This document shows positions 1 to 8,846 of a stretch of DNA of 64,000 nt, in pieces. Source of the DNA: an uncultured bacterium (GTDB taxonomy: Bacteria; Fidelibacterota; Marinisomatia; SCGC-AAA003-L08; JACNLC01). Position 1 is the first letter of the stretch; each line of letters starts with the position of its first letter. The notes under the pieces are model-generated. The model saw nothing but the letters and a program-made list of their open reading frames with translations. It had not been told where the DNA came from and did not search any database. The stretch is from contig CAZGNZ010000018.1 of assembly GCA_964527215.1 (NCBI GenBank), positions 16,523-80,522 of the forward strand, in the 5' to 3' direction. A program made the position numbers and the translations under genes.

Positions 1-549
1 GGAATACATTCCGCCCTTAACCACATAGAGCGTTGTGATGCCCATGAATATCAGGGCATATACTTTGGGACTCAGATCCCAGGGAAGGAAGGAGGCAGAA
101 AACTTGCCGATACCGTTGAATCCGTATGACAGAAATCCCACCACGCTGACCAGCGCGTAGATCACGATAATGATGTGGGACAGCTGAGCACCGGTGCCGG
201 TGCCGAACCGGGTTTTTATCCATTCTGCTCCGGTCAGCACATTGGATCGACGCAGCCAGATGGACAGATACACCATAAGAAAAATCTGGTTGAAAACCGG
301 CCAGAGCCAGGGGATGAACGCTCCTTTCAGACCATAGACGAATGTCAGGTATACCAGCCACATCGTGCCGGTGATGTCAAACATCCCGGATGCATTGGAT
401 ACACCCAGAATGTACCACGGCATGGTATTGCCGCCGAGAAAATAGGATTTGATGTCCTTGGAAGCTTTTTTGGAAATGTAAAATCCAATAAATATCGTCA
501 GCGCCAGATACAGCAATATGATGCTGATATCAATAATATGCAGTTCCAT
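1..549 (-). CDS. Sodium:solute symporter (SSS family), 3' part runs off the window
   Basis: Not in the ORF track; hand translation from ATG at 549 gives MELHIIDISIILLYLALTIFIGFYISKKASKDIKSYFLGGNTMPWYILGVSNASGMFDITG...YVVKGGMYS, open to base 1. YFLGG and YxxxGG are SSS motifs. Confidence 0.9.
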   Translation of the reverse strand, partial: MELHIIDISIILLYLALTIFIGFYISKKASKDIKSYFLGGNTMPWYILGVSNASGMFDITGTMWLVYLTFVYGLKGAFIPWLWPVFNQIFLMVYLSIWLRRSNVLTGAEWIKTRFGTGTGAQLSHIIIVIYALVSVVGFLSYGFNGIGKFSASFLPWDLSPKVYALIFMGITTLYVVKGGMYS

Positions 550-952
550 ACTGAATCCTGTTTTTGGTGTAAGAATGAAGGTAGTCGACAGGTCGTCCCT
601 GTCATGCTAATAAATCGAGACCAGTCAATCCTGAGATTCAAGTCAAAAATAATGCCGCTGAGTTTCAACCGGTATGGACATTATTTTGGATACCGGTATC
701 GAAAGAAACGTGAGCGTTGTGATTGCCGGATTCGCTCCCTGGATGGCAGAAGCGGTTTTTTTGAACATTGACCAAACAGGAGCGGCCGTATAATATCGCG
801 AACCTGCAGGTGCGATAATGATTAATCAGAAGAATTTGCGTGTCTGCAGGAGACAAACCCGGCGTCAGCTGAGCGCAGTTTCATCAATCGAGAGGGATCG
901 ATCGAATGAACCGGGCATCGTTATGAGCCCTGAACCGAAAATCATTATTCAG

Positions 953-970
953 CCTGAATAAATCATGAGA
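953..970. repeat. Isolated IS1380-like MITE terminal repeat
   Basis: cctgaataaatcatgaga matches the TIR cctgaatgattcatgaga at 26061; no partner end found. Confidence 0.4.
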
Positions 971-1196
971 ATTCCAATGCGTTGACATGTCCGGCATATG
1001 AATGTGTTATTAAAATAATAATTAGGTTATGATATTTGTAATGCTCGGCCAGGAAGAAAGCAGCAGTGACGGCATTCTTCTTATGCGGCGGACTCAAAAT
1101 CCGCTGATGGAAATGGGATAGAATCGCAGCAGACAAACTGCCGAAAAAATCTCGAAAATCCCAAAGGAAGTTTTTTGGATTTTCCTCTCAGGCGCA

Positions 1197-1571
1197 TCAG
1201 CAGGATATCAAGTTAAAGGGTATTTCGCAGTCCTCGGCAAATTCCTGTCCGATCTCCAGAAGATCCTCATCATCCTCTTCGTAGTACCAATTGATTTCCA
1301 CCTGGTGCCGATCCCGGCTGTAGCCTTCCAGCAGAACCAGCAGGTCCAGCAGGAATTTCGTTGAGCTGGAGTTCAGGTAATCCAGTTTCAGATTCAGGGT
1401 GATATCACTTCCGATTTCAGCTATGTAGCCCCTTACCCAGTCCTTCAGAGGCTGGAAAAACTCAAATGCGTTTTCCGGATAGGAAGAACCTGTTATCTCC
1501 AGCAGTCCGTTTTCATGATTGAACACGACCTCGGGGGTGTATCGGCTTTTATTCAAATACAGTATTTTCAT
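1197..1571 (-). CDS. siaC: SiaC / DUF1987 family regulatory phosphoprotein
   Basis: TPEV, ITGSSYPEN, YLNSSS, INWYYEEDDEDLLEIGQEF motifs are typical of DUF1987. Confidence 0.9.
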   Translation of the reverse strand: MKILYLNKSRYTPEVVFNHENGLLEITGSSYPENAFEFFQPLKDWVRGYIAEIGSDITLNLKLDYLNSSSTKFLLDLLVLLEGYSRDRHQVEINWYYEEDDEDLLEIGQEFAEDCEIPFNLISC

Positions 1572-2161
1572 TGCTGATTTTCCAATTGAAGCAGAGCCTT
1601 AATAAATAAAAATTGCAGCCGGTCAGAGAATTTCAGGCTGTCTGTGGAAATATTGGCCGAGCAGATTCTGGCGATTGTCAGCAGACCCAGTCCGGCACCT
1701 CTTCGGCCTTCAGTCAGCGGGCCTCTGAGCTGTTCCCGGTACAGCTGCCTGATTTCATCCCTGTCACTGCTGTTCAGCAATCCAATCCGCCGCTGCACAG
1801 TCCGGGCGGCGGCATTCAAGGCGAAATTGCCTGACTGGACTTCTAAAAATCCGGGCGCTTCTCTGACAAGCAGAAATCCCCGGCCTACCAGATCAGATCG
1901 TCCGTCAATGCTGCCCCATCCGCCGTGATACAGAACATTCTGTCCCATTTCAACCATCAGTGACAACAGGCGCCGTCGATCCCGTCCGCAAATCTGTTGA
2001 TACCTGTTATGTACCAGACTGCTGAAACTGTGGATAATCTGCTGGGAAAACCGCCCGCGAAAGGCAGATACGATGTGGAAATCCCCTGATTTCAGCTTCC
2101 ATTCCGAATTAAATACGGCTGATTCAAAAACGAAAAACGGGGAAACGGTATTCATATGCAC
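1568..2161 (-). CDS. siaB: SiaB family protein kinase (GHKL-like)
   Basis: VEMGQNV, SGN, YREQL and GAGLGLLTIAR motifs; overlaps siaC by 4 bp. Confidence 0.85.
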   Translation of the reverse strand: MHMNTVSPFFVFESAVFNSEWKLKSGDFHIVSAFRGRFSQQIIHSFSSLVHNRYQQICGRDRRRLLSLMVEMGQNVLYHGGWGSIDGRSDLVGRGFLLVREAPGFLEVQSGNFALNAAARTVQRRIGLLNSSDRDEIRQLYREQLRGPLTEGRRGAGLGLLTIARICSANISTDSLKFSDRLQFLFIKALLQLENQQ

Positions 2162-2177
2162 GCCGGGCGATTCAAGA

Positions 2178-3008
2178 TTATGCGCGGCTTTCCCGGTGGA
2201 TTACAATACAGTTCTTGCCTTTGGATTTCCCTTCATACAGTGCTTTATCGGAAGCCCTGAGACAATCGTCTATTGTCTGGCCGGACTGAATCTGACTGAC
2301 TCCGAACGTAGCAGAAATCCGACAGGTGATTTGCTGATGATGGAATTGAAATTCATCAATGGAAGAACGCTGAATTTCAGCAACCCGAAGGCCCTGTTCC
2401 AAATTGGTATCCGGCAGCAGCAGCATAATTTCTTCTCCGCCCCATCTGGAAACCACATCCTGTTTTCGAACGCCATCCCGAATAAGACGGGCAGTTGTCT
2501 TCAGCACATGGTCACCGCATTCGTGGCCGTATGTGTCATTGATGTTCTTAAAATCATCCATGTCCAGAATTACCAGCACAAACACCCGTCCGCTGCGGTT
2601 AAAACGTGCCATTTCAACCTCCAGACGATGCAGCATTTCACGCCGGTTGTACAACCCCGTCAGAGGGTCGGTCCGGGAGATGATGTCCAGTTCTTTGTAA
2701 GCTTTCTGCAGTTCAAGCTTCTGCATGGACACCTGTCTCAGCAGAGCTTCGAGGTCTGACTTCTGACGGGCAGTTTCGTCATTGGATTTCACCAGTTTGT
2801 TCATGGTCAAATCACCCATACTGGTGATTTTTTCAGTCTCGCGCAGCAGATTTTCGTAATTGTGAATCAGGCCGGTAAAATCCTTCAGCAGATCCGCAGG
2901 GTCATCGGTCCGGTATTTCTCCAGGGACTCTTGAGCCTGTTTTAATACGGTTTGCTCTTTGTGAAACGGATTTTGTGTTTGTCGGGAATGTCTGGGTAAG
3001 GGCGGCAT
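2178..3008 (-). CDS. Diguanylate cyclase (SiaD-like) with N-terminal coiled coil
   Basis: DPLTGLYNRR, DMDDFKNINDTYGH, RxxD I-site (RKQD) and GGEEI active site. Confidence 0.9.
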   Translation of the reverse strand: MPPLPRHSRQTQNPFHKEQTVLKQAQESLEKYRTDDPADLLKDFTGLIHNYENLLRETEKITSMGDLTMNKLVKSNDETARQKSDLEALLRQVSMQKLELQKAYKELDIISRTDPLTGLYNRREMLHRLEVEMARFNRSGRVFVLVILDMDDFKNINDTYGHECGDHVLKTTARLIRDGVRKQDVVSRWGGEEIMLLLPDTNLEQGLRVAEIQRSSIDEFQFHHQQITCRISATFGVSQIQSGQTIDDCLRASDKALYEGKSKGKNCIVIHRESRA

Positions 3009-3465
3009 GAGCGGGCTCTCCGGATAAATTAGGTTCCAGCAGTCGTATTCAATATTTCGTGTTTTCAGATAGGAGGAATTGTGTCAGACTGTTTCATGGG
3101 CAGCTTTCATCGGTTCAAAGAATCCGCAAGCTCATTGTGCAGATTCCAATCAATATTACGCTGTCGTTCTGCACTCTGCCCTCCACCTGCCGGTTCCCGG
3201 CGCATATGCATCAAAATGATGCGCTCAGCCGGTTCCAGTCCAACCGGCAGTCCGGAAGAACAGAAATCACCCATAAATCAGCCAAACACAGCGAATCATT
3301 CTCAGGAATTCAACCCGTTTGTGATTCGACCCAACACTCTAATTTACAGATTCAGAATGGACGATGAAATATGGAATCGGGTGATCATTGCAGATTTTTG
3401 AAAATCCCTAATCATTGATTAATCTTCAGGGACATGGTAATTTTTCACTTCTTCCGGTGACATAA

Positions 3466-4563
3466 ATGGTTATGAATGTCTTTATCCTGCTGTTCTTTTT
3501 TTACGGCCCGCTTCTGGCGGACATCATTCACATCCCGGAAGATTTCTCCCTGATTCAAATGGGAATTGATGCATCCGCAGACGGGGACACCATCATCCTG
3601 TCAAATGGTATTTATTCTGAAAATATTGAACTGTCCGGATCGCGGATCGTGCTTGGTTCTGAATTTCTGTTGGACGGTCATTCAAGCCATATCACCGACA
3701 CCGTGCTGGACGGCGATCACAACGGGTCCTGTGCGGTCATCTCTGACAGTCCGTCCGTGGAAATAACAGGTCTGACTGTCACCCACGGATCCGGATCTCC
3801 GGTGGAAGAATCAATTCTCGGGGGCGGTATTCTGGTCCTGAATTCTGCAGTTGATCTGAAATACCTTTACGTGACTCAGAATGAAGCACAGTACGGCGGG
3901 GGAATCTTTACAGACAATGCCGCGGTTTTTATGTCCCACTGCCTGATCTTTGAAAACATGGGACTGCCATACGGCGCAGGCATTTTTACCACCGACAACA
4001 ATGAAGTTCATCTCCAGAACCTCACGATTGTGAATAATACGGCCACCACAGGTGAAGTGGTGGGTGTGGGAGGCGGGATTTGCGGATGGGGCGACATACA
4101 CCTGGTAAACTGCATCGTCTGGTTCAATACCGGCAGTGAAATTACCGGAAACATGTTCGCAAGCTATTCCGCCATTCCGGACTATATGGGTGCCATCGAC
4201 GGCGAAGTGGTTTTTGGAGCAGGTGTGATTCATGATGACCCTCTTCTCCAGAACTGGCAGTCCGGGAATCTGCAGCTGACCGCGGAGAGCCCCTGCATTG
4301 ACCACGGCGATCCAAGCCTGCCGTTTGATGCAGATTTAACCCTTTCCGACATGGGCGCACTCTATTTTCATCAACCGCTGGAATGCGGACCGGCTGGTGA
4401 TCTGAACTGGGACAACTCCCTCGATGTGCTGGATATCGTGCTGATGGTGGCCTGTCTTCTGGGGGAAGGCATCAATCTGCCCTGTCCCTGTGGTGACGCC
4501 AATAGTGACGGTGCAACGGATATTCTGGACATCGTCCTGCTGGTAAGTTTTATTCTGGCCTGA
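3466..4563 (+). CDS. Secreted right-handed beta-helix (Pmp-like GGG repeat) protein with C-terminal dockerin
   Basis: Signal peptide, repeated GGGI/GAGI motifs, SPCIDHG...SDMGA, and two Ca-binding loops GDLNWDNSLDVLD / GDANSDGATDILD. Confidence 0.8.
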   Translation: MVMNVFILLFFFYGPLLADIIHIPEDFSLIQMGIDASADGDTIILSNGIYSENIELSGSRIVLGSEFLLDGHSSHITDTVLDGDHNGSCAVISDSPSVEITGLTVTHGSGSPVEESILGGGILVLNSAVDLKYLYVTQNEAQYGGGIFTDNAAVFMSHCLIFENMGLPYGAGIFTTDNNEVHLQNLTIVNNTATTGEVVGVGGGICGWGDIHLVNCIVWFNTGSEITGNMFASYSAIPDYMGAIDGEVVFGAGVIHDDPLLQNWQSGNLQLTAESPCIDHGDPSLPFDADLTLSDMGALYFHQPLECGPAGDLNWDNSLDVLDIVLMVACLLGEGINLPCPCGDANSDGATDILDIVLLVSFILA

Positions 4564-4732
4564 ATGAATTTCCCCGCCCGTCAGCTGACGGGACGGGGTA
4601 TCATTAGTGATATAATCATTTTTTATTTCGCCGCCACGCCAAATGGCGGATTTTCAACAAGCGGCGGGGAATGCACCCAGTTACACTCGTCCCTCAGTAG
4701 ACGGATTAAAAATCCGCCCACTGGCGGATTCA
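4564..4732. repeat. Palindromic dispersed element, copy 1 (PATE/REP-like)
   Basis: atgaatttccccgcccgtcagctgacgggacgggg...aatccgcccactggcggattca; near-identical to 5171-5316 and 49384-49551. Confidence 0.9.
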
Positions 4733-5170
4733 CCGGCAAAAGGACATCCTGCAGCAAATACCATTAAAAACCAGCTCATCTGCATATCATCCCCCAGGTT
4801 ATTTCGCATGAAAAAATAACATCGCAGCAACAGGGCTGTACTGCTATGCGATTGATGGAAGCTGGTTTTCTGGTGTTTGATTTCAACCCACGGGAATCAA
4901 ATACCCAATAAATTATTATCACAACATTAACAGCCATTTATGAAAATAATTTGAGATAACCATCTTCAAAACGAATACCCTGGAGATTTATCTGTTCTGC
5001 TGACGCCTGCTCTGTTTGTATTGCAGCTCCACGAAGTATGTTTTATCAAAATACTAACTGTTGTCGGCAATTTGCCAAAGCCGTTAAATTACCTGAGCAT
5101 TCAGCACTATATTTATGCGAGAACCTCAGCCGGGGACCTGAGCCGGCAGTCGGGCGGTTCAAAAAAAATA

Positions 5171-5316
5171 ATGAATTTCCCCGCCCGTCAGCTGACGGGA
5201 CGGGGTATCATTAGTGATATAATCATTTTTTATTTCGCCGCCACGCCAAATGGCGGATTTTCAACAAGCGGCGGGGAATGCACCCAGTTACACTCGTCCG
5301 CCCACTGGCGGATTCA
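5171..5316. repeat. Palindromic dispersed element, copy 2 (23-bp internal deletion)
   Basis: Same as copy 1 except that the gtccctcagtagacgg hairpin segment is lost; ends 25 bp before the GH94 start. Confidence 0.9.
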
Positions 5317-5341
5317 CTTGACTGTTATCAGATCGGAGATA

Positions 5342-7804
5342 ATGAACAGGAAATACGGGCAGTTCAGCGCAGAGGGAAGGGAGTTTGTCATCAAGGATGT
5401 ACGAACTCCGACGCCATGGATCAATTATATTTATAACGATCAGTATTTTGCCACGATTTCAAACAACGGCGGCGGAATCAGTTACATTGGCAATCCCCTG
5501 CATGGCCGGATCACCCGCTGGCGCATCAACGATGTGCCATCAGACCGTCCCGGGAAATATATTTATTTTCGCGATCATGAGTCCGGCGTTGTCTGGAGCG
5601 CAACCTGGCAGCCGGTCGGTCTGAATTACAAGGCCTATTCCGTCCGTCATGGATTCGGGTATTCAGTGATGACATGCCGGCTGGATGATGTTCATTCGGA
5701 AGTGACATATTTTGTTCCCCGCTCGGACACGAGAGAAATCTGGCAGCTTAACATTCGCAATCTATCCAGCAGGACCCGGTATTTGAGTACCTGGGGCTAT
5801 GTTGAATTTGCGTTGGGACATGCCCTTATTGATCAGATCAATCAATGTGATGACCAGCATTTCAACCGGGTATATTTTGATCCTGAATTCAACTCTCTCT
5901 TTGCCACCAAAACCTACTGGGTGACCGGCAGTCTGGGAACACAGCAGCAGGAAAACCAGGAATGGGACCACTGGGCTTATTTTACCATGAGCGAACCCGC
6001 TGATGCCTACGAAACCATGCGCGAACGCTTTATTGGTCCGTATCGCAGTGAGTCAAATCCGCTGGCTTTTGAAGAGGGCGGACTAAGCTGCAGGGACACG
6101 GATTTCGGCAACACGGTCGGAGTCCTGGAGAAAAGCATCACCCTGGCTCCCGGTGAGGAACAGACTCTGCTTTTCTCTCTTGGCGTACTGCCAAAGGAAG
6201 ACTTCCAACACCACAGACATGAAATCTCCCGCTGCATGACTGCCAAATCAGCTGACCGGGAATTACAAGAAATCCGCTTACACTGGACTCGTCACTTCAA
6301 CGCAGTGCAGGCAGAAATTCCGGACCGGGAAGTCAGCCATTTTCAAAATTACTGGAATGCCTATCAGGCCAGAACAGCATTCGATGTGCGCCGCGTTGCC
6401 AGTTACTATTACTGGGGCATCGGCCGCGGCTGGGGGTTTCGGGATACTGCCCAGGACATTGTCGGAATTTCAATATCAGACCATGCTGCAGCCCGAGAGC
6501 GGATTCTGCTGCTATGCCGTCAGATGTTCCCGTCCGGCGTGGTTTATCACCATTTTTATCAGGATAAACAGGGGGAGATCACCCGGCATTGTGATGATCC
6601 GTTCTGGTTTATTCTGGCAGTGACAGAATACATTCGGGAAACCGACGATACGGATCTGATGGAAACCGTTCAGCCTTTTGCGGACCGATCAGAGGGTTCT
6701 GTCCTGGCACACTTGATGGCAGTAATGAATTTTGCCGAAAACAATCTGGGACCGCATGGTCTCCCTGTATTCGGCCGCGGCGACTGGAATGACACTCTGG
6801 ATTATGTTGGCGGGGAAAGCGGCGGGGAGAGCGTCTGGGGTGCGATGTTTTATACCGCCATGCTCAGCCGGCTTGCTGATCTGCTGGAGTACTGTGGATA
6901 CAGCTCAGAACTTCTGCCGGTTCGCGCTCTGAAAACCCGTCTTAAAAAATCCGTGAATGATGCCTGCTGGGACGGTGACTGGTACATACGGGCCTTTACG
7001 GGATCCGGGCACCCCATCGGAAGCCGGCAAAATGATACCGGCAAAATTTACCTGAACACACAATCCTGGGCGGTTATTTCAGGAATTGCCGATAAAGAAC
7101 GGGCACGTCGGGCACTGGACAGTGTCAGAAAACATCTTGATTCGGAGTACGGACCCAAAATTTGCGCACCGGCCTATCGCCGGGTTGATCCTTCCATCGG
7201 TCTGATTACCCGCTGTGTACCCGGTAAAAAGGAAAACGGAGCCGTATTTCTGCATCCCGCGGCATGGCTGATCCAGGCAGCCTGCATGATGAACCGGGGA
7301 AAGGAAGCCTGGACAACTTACCGAAAGCTTCTGCCCTTTGTTCATGACCCGGATCTTTTCCAGGCAGAACCCTATGTTTATTCCCAGTACGTGACCAGTG
7401 ACGAGCATGAATACCCCGGACGGGCCAGTCATTCCTGGCAGACCGGTACTGCTGCATGGATGTACCGCATTTTTATTGATTACATCATTGGCGTTCGTGC
7501 GGTTTTCGACGGTTTGCTGATTGATCCTCATTTTCCCGAGGACTGGTCCGGTACAGCTGTTACAAGGACCTTTCGCGGAACGGTGTATCGGATTCGAATT
7601 GATCGGGATTCGAAACTGAGACCCGGTGCACTGATCATTCTGTGTGACAATCAACCCATAAAGGGCAGCCGAGTCCCCGTGTTCAAGAAAGACTGCTGTC
7701 AGGTCGATGTAAAATGGGGAGGGGAAGCAGATCAGACGGACAGTCCGATTCGCTTACACCGAACTGAACCGCCGGAATTTGATCCGAAGCGGAAGCAGAT
7801 TTGA
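5342..7804 (+). CDS. GH94 glycoside phosphorylase (cellobiose/chitobiose phosphorylase-like)
   Basis: TPTPWIN, WSATWQP, GFRDTAQD, catalytic GDWND, KENG and WQTGTAAW motifs. Start moved to ATG 5342 (RBS ggag) because the upstream ORF extension runs through the repeat. Confidence 0.93.
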   Translation: MNRKYGQFSAEGREFVIKDVRTPTPWINYIYNDQYFATISNNGGGISYIGNPLHGRITRWRINDVPSDRPGKYIYFRDHESGVVWSATWQPVGLNYKAYSVRHGFGYSVMTCRLDDVHSEVTYFVPRSDTREIWQLNIRNLSSRTRYLSTWGYVEFALGHALIDQINQCDDQHFNRVYFDPEFNSLFATKTYWVTGSLGTQQQENQEWDHWAYFTMSEPADAYETMRERFIGPYRSESNPLAFEEGGLSCRDTDFGNTVGVLEKSITLAPGEEQTLLFSLGVLPKEDFQHHRHEISRCMTAKSADRELQEIRLHWTRHFNAVQAEIPDREVSHFQNYWNAYQARTAFDVRRVASYYYWGIGRGWGFRDTAQDIVGISISDHAAARERILLLCRQMFPSGVVYHHFYQDKQGEITRHCDDPFWFILAVTEYIRETDDTDLMETVQPFADRSEGSVLAHLMAVMNFAENNLGPHGLPVFGRGDWNDTLDYVGGESGGESVWGAMFYTAMLSRLADLLEYCGYSSELLPVRALKTRLKKSVNDACWDGDWYIRAFTGSGHPIGSRQNDTGKIYLNTQSWAVISGIADKERARRALDSVRKHLDSEYGPKICAPAYRRVDPSIGLITRCVPGKKENGAVFLHPAAWLIQAACMMNRGKEAWTTYRKLLPFVHDPDLFQAEPYVYSQYVTSDEHEYPGRASHSWQTGTAAWMYRIFIDYIIGVRAVFDGLLIDPHFPEDWSGTAVTRTFRGTVYRIRIDRDSKLRPGALIILCDNQPIKGSRVPVFKKDCCQVDVKWGGEADQTDSPIRLHRTEPPEFDPKRKQI

Positions 7805-7886
7805 AAAAAGGAAAATACAACCTCAGTAGCTGTGAAATGCTCAACGTATGAATCAGCAGAGATCAGACTGACGGTATGGAGTAAAA

Positions 7887-8846
7887 ATGGAACGATATTC
7901 CAAAAATCCCATATTAACGCGACAGGATGTTCATGGAAGCCTTCCCCGCTGGCAGAATGTATCATCAGTATTTAATCCGGGAGCTGTCCGGTTTGAATCG
8001 AATATTCTGTTGGTTGCGCGGGTGCAGAATCGGGGCAGGGAGACGGGGTTTTTTATTGCAGAAAGTTCCGACGGCATTCATTTCAGAATTCGGCCGGAGC
8101 CTGTAAAGCTGCATGGACTGGATGGACTGGACGAACCGGTCTTCCATTGTTATGATGCCCGGGTGACTTTCCTGGATGACCGCTGGTACCTGCTGTTTGC
8201 CATGGATATGCCGTCCGGCTGCTGCCTGGGACTGGCGGCTACCGAAGATTTTGAGCATTTCCGGTTTTTGGGAATCTGCTCCGGAAATGATGTACGCAAC
8301 GGAGTTCTGTTTCCTCAGCGCTGGGGCAGTTACTATTACCGGTTGGAACGGCCCAATCTGAGCCGGCTAGACGGAGGAGTAAAATCCGGATCGGTGATTC
8401 TGCTGTCACGGTCCACGGATCTGATGGACTGGGAACCGGTGAAATCCGTATTGGAAGGCCGGCCGCGCTACTGGGATGAACTGATCGGTTCCGGTCCCCC
8501 GCCTCTCAAAACGGAATCAGGCTGGCTGCAAATCTATCACGGCATTGCGACCCACTTCGGATCCGCAAACATATATCAGGCAGGGGTTTGCCTGCTGGAC
8601 CTTGAGCAGCCCTGGCGGGTGATCGCACGGGGCAGTCAGAATATACTTGAACCCCGAATGCCCTTTGAGCTGACCGGACAGGTGCCCAATGTGGTTTTCC
8701 CGTGCGGATGGGTTCCGGAACATACGGACAGAAACGGAACGGTCCCCATTGATGCCAATCTGAAAATCTACTACGGAGCAGCTGATTCCTGTATTGGACT
8801 GGCTTCGGCAAAAGTATCAGAACTGATCCGGGCCTGCCATCAATGA
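7887..8846 (+). CDS. GH130 beta-mannoside phosphorylase/glycosidase
   Basis: VFNPGA, YDARVT, RNGVLFP, ERP, IYHG, GQVPNVVFP and YYGAAD motifs. Confidence 0.92.
   Translation: MERYSKNPILTRQDVHGSLPRWQNVSSVFNPGAVRFESNILLVARVQNRGRETGFFIAESSDGIHFRIRPEPVKLHGLDGLDEPVFHCYDARVTFLDDRWYLLFAMDMPSGCCLGLAATEDFEHFRFLGICSGNDVRNGVLFPQRWGSYYYRLERPNLSRLDGGVKSGSVILLSRSTDLMDWEPVKSVLEGRPRYWDELIGSGPPPLKTESGWLQIYHGIATHFGSANIYQAGVCLLDLEQPWRVIARGSQNILEPRMPFELTGQVPNVVFPCGWVPEHTDRNGTVPIDANLKIYYGAADSCIGLASAKVSELIRACHQ

Noticed and set aside
17-771. Track ORFs 17..361 and 175..771
   Set aside because: Alternate-frame or antisense shadows of the SSS transporter on the minus strand.
1044-1066. ggccaggaagaaagcagc resembling SRP RNA domain IV
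   Set aside because: Lacks the GNRA-capped stem between CAGG and AGCAG and the long flanking helix.
5021-5341. N-terminal extension of the GH94 ORF and the ORFs starting MNFPARQLTG (4564, 49384)
   Set aside because: These are translations of the palindromic repeat; GH94 homology and an RBS begin at 5342.
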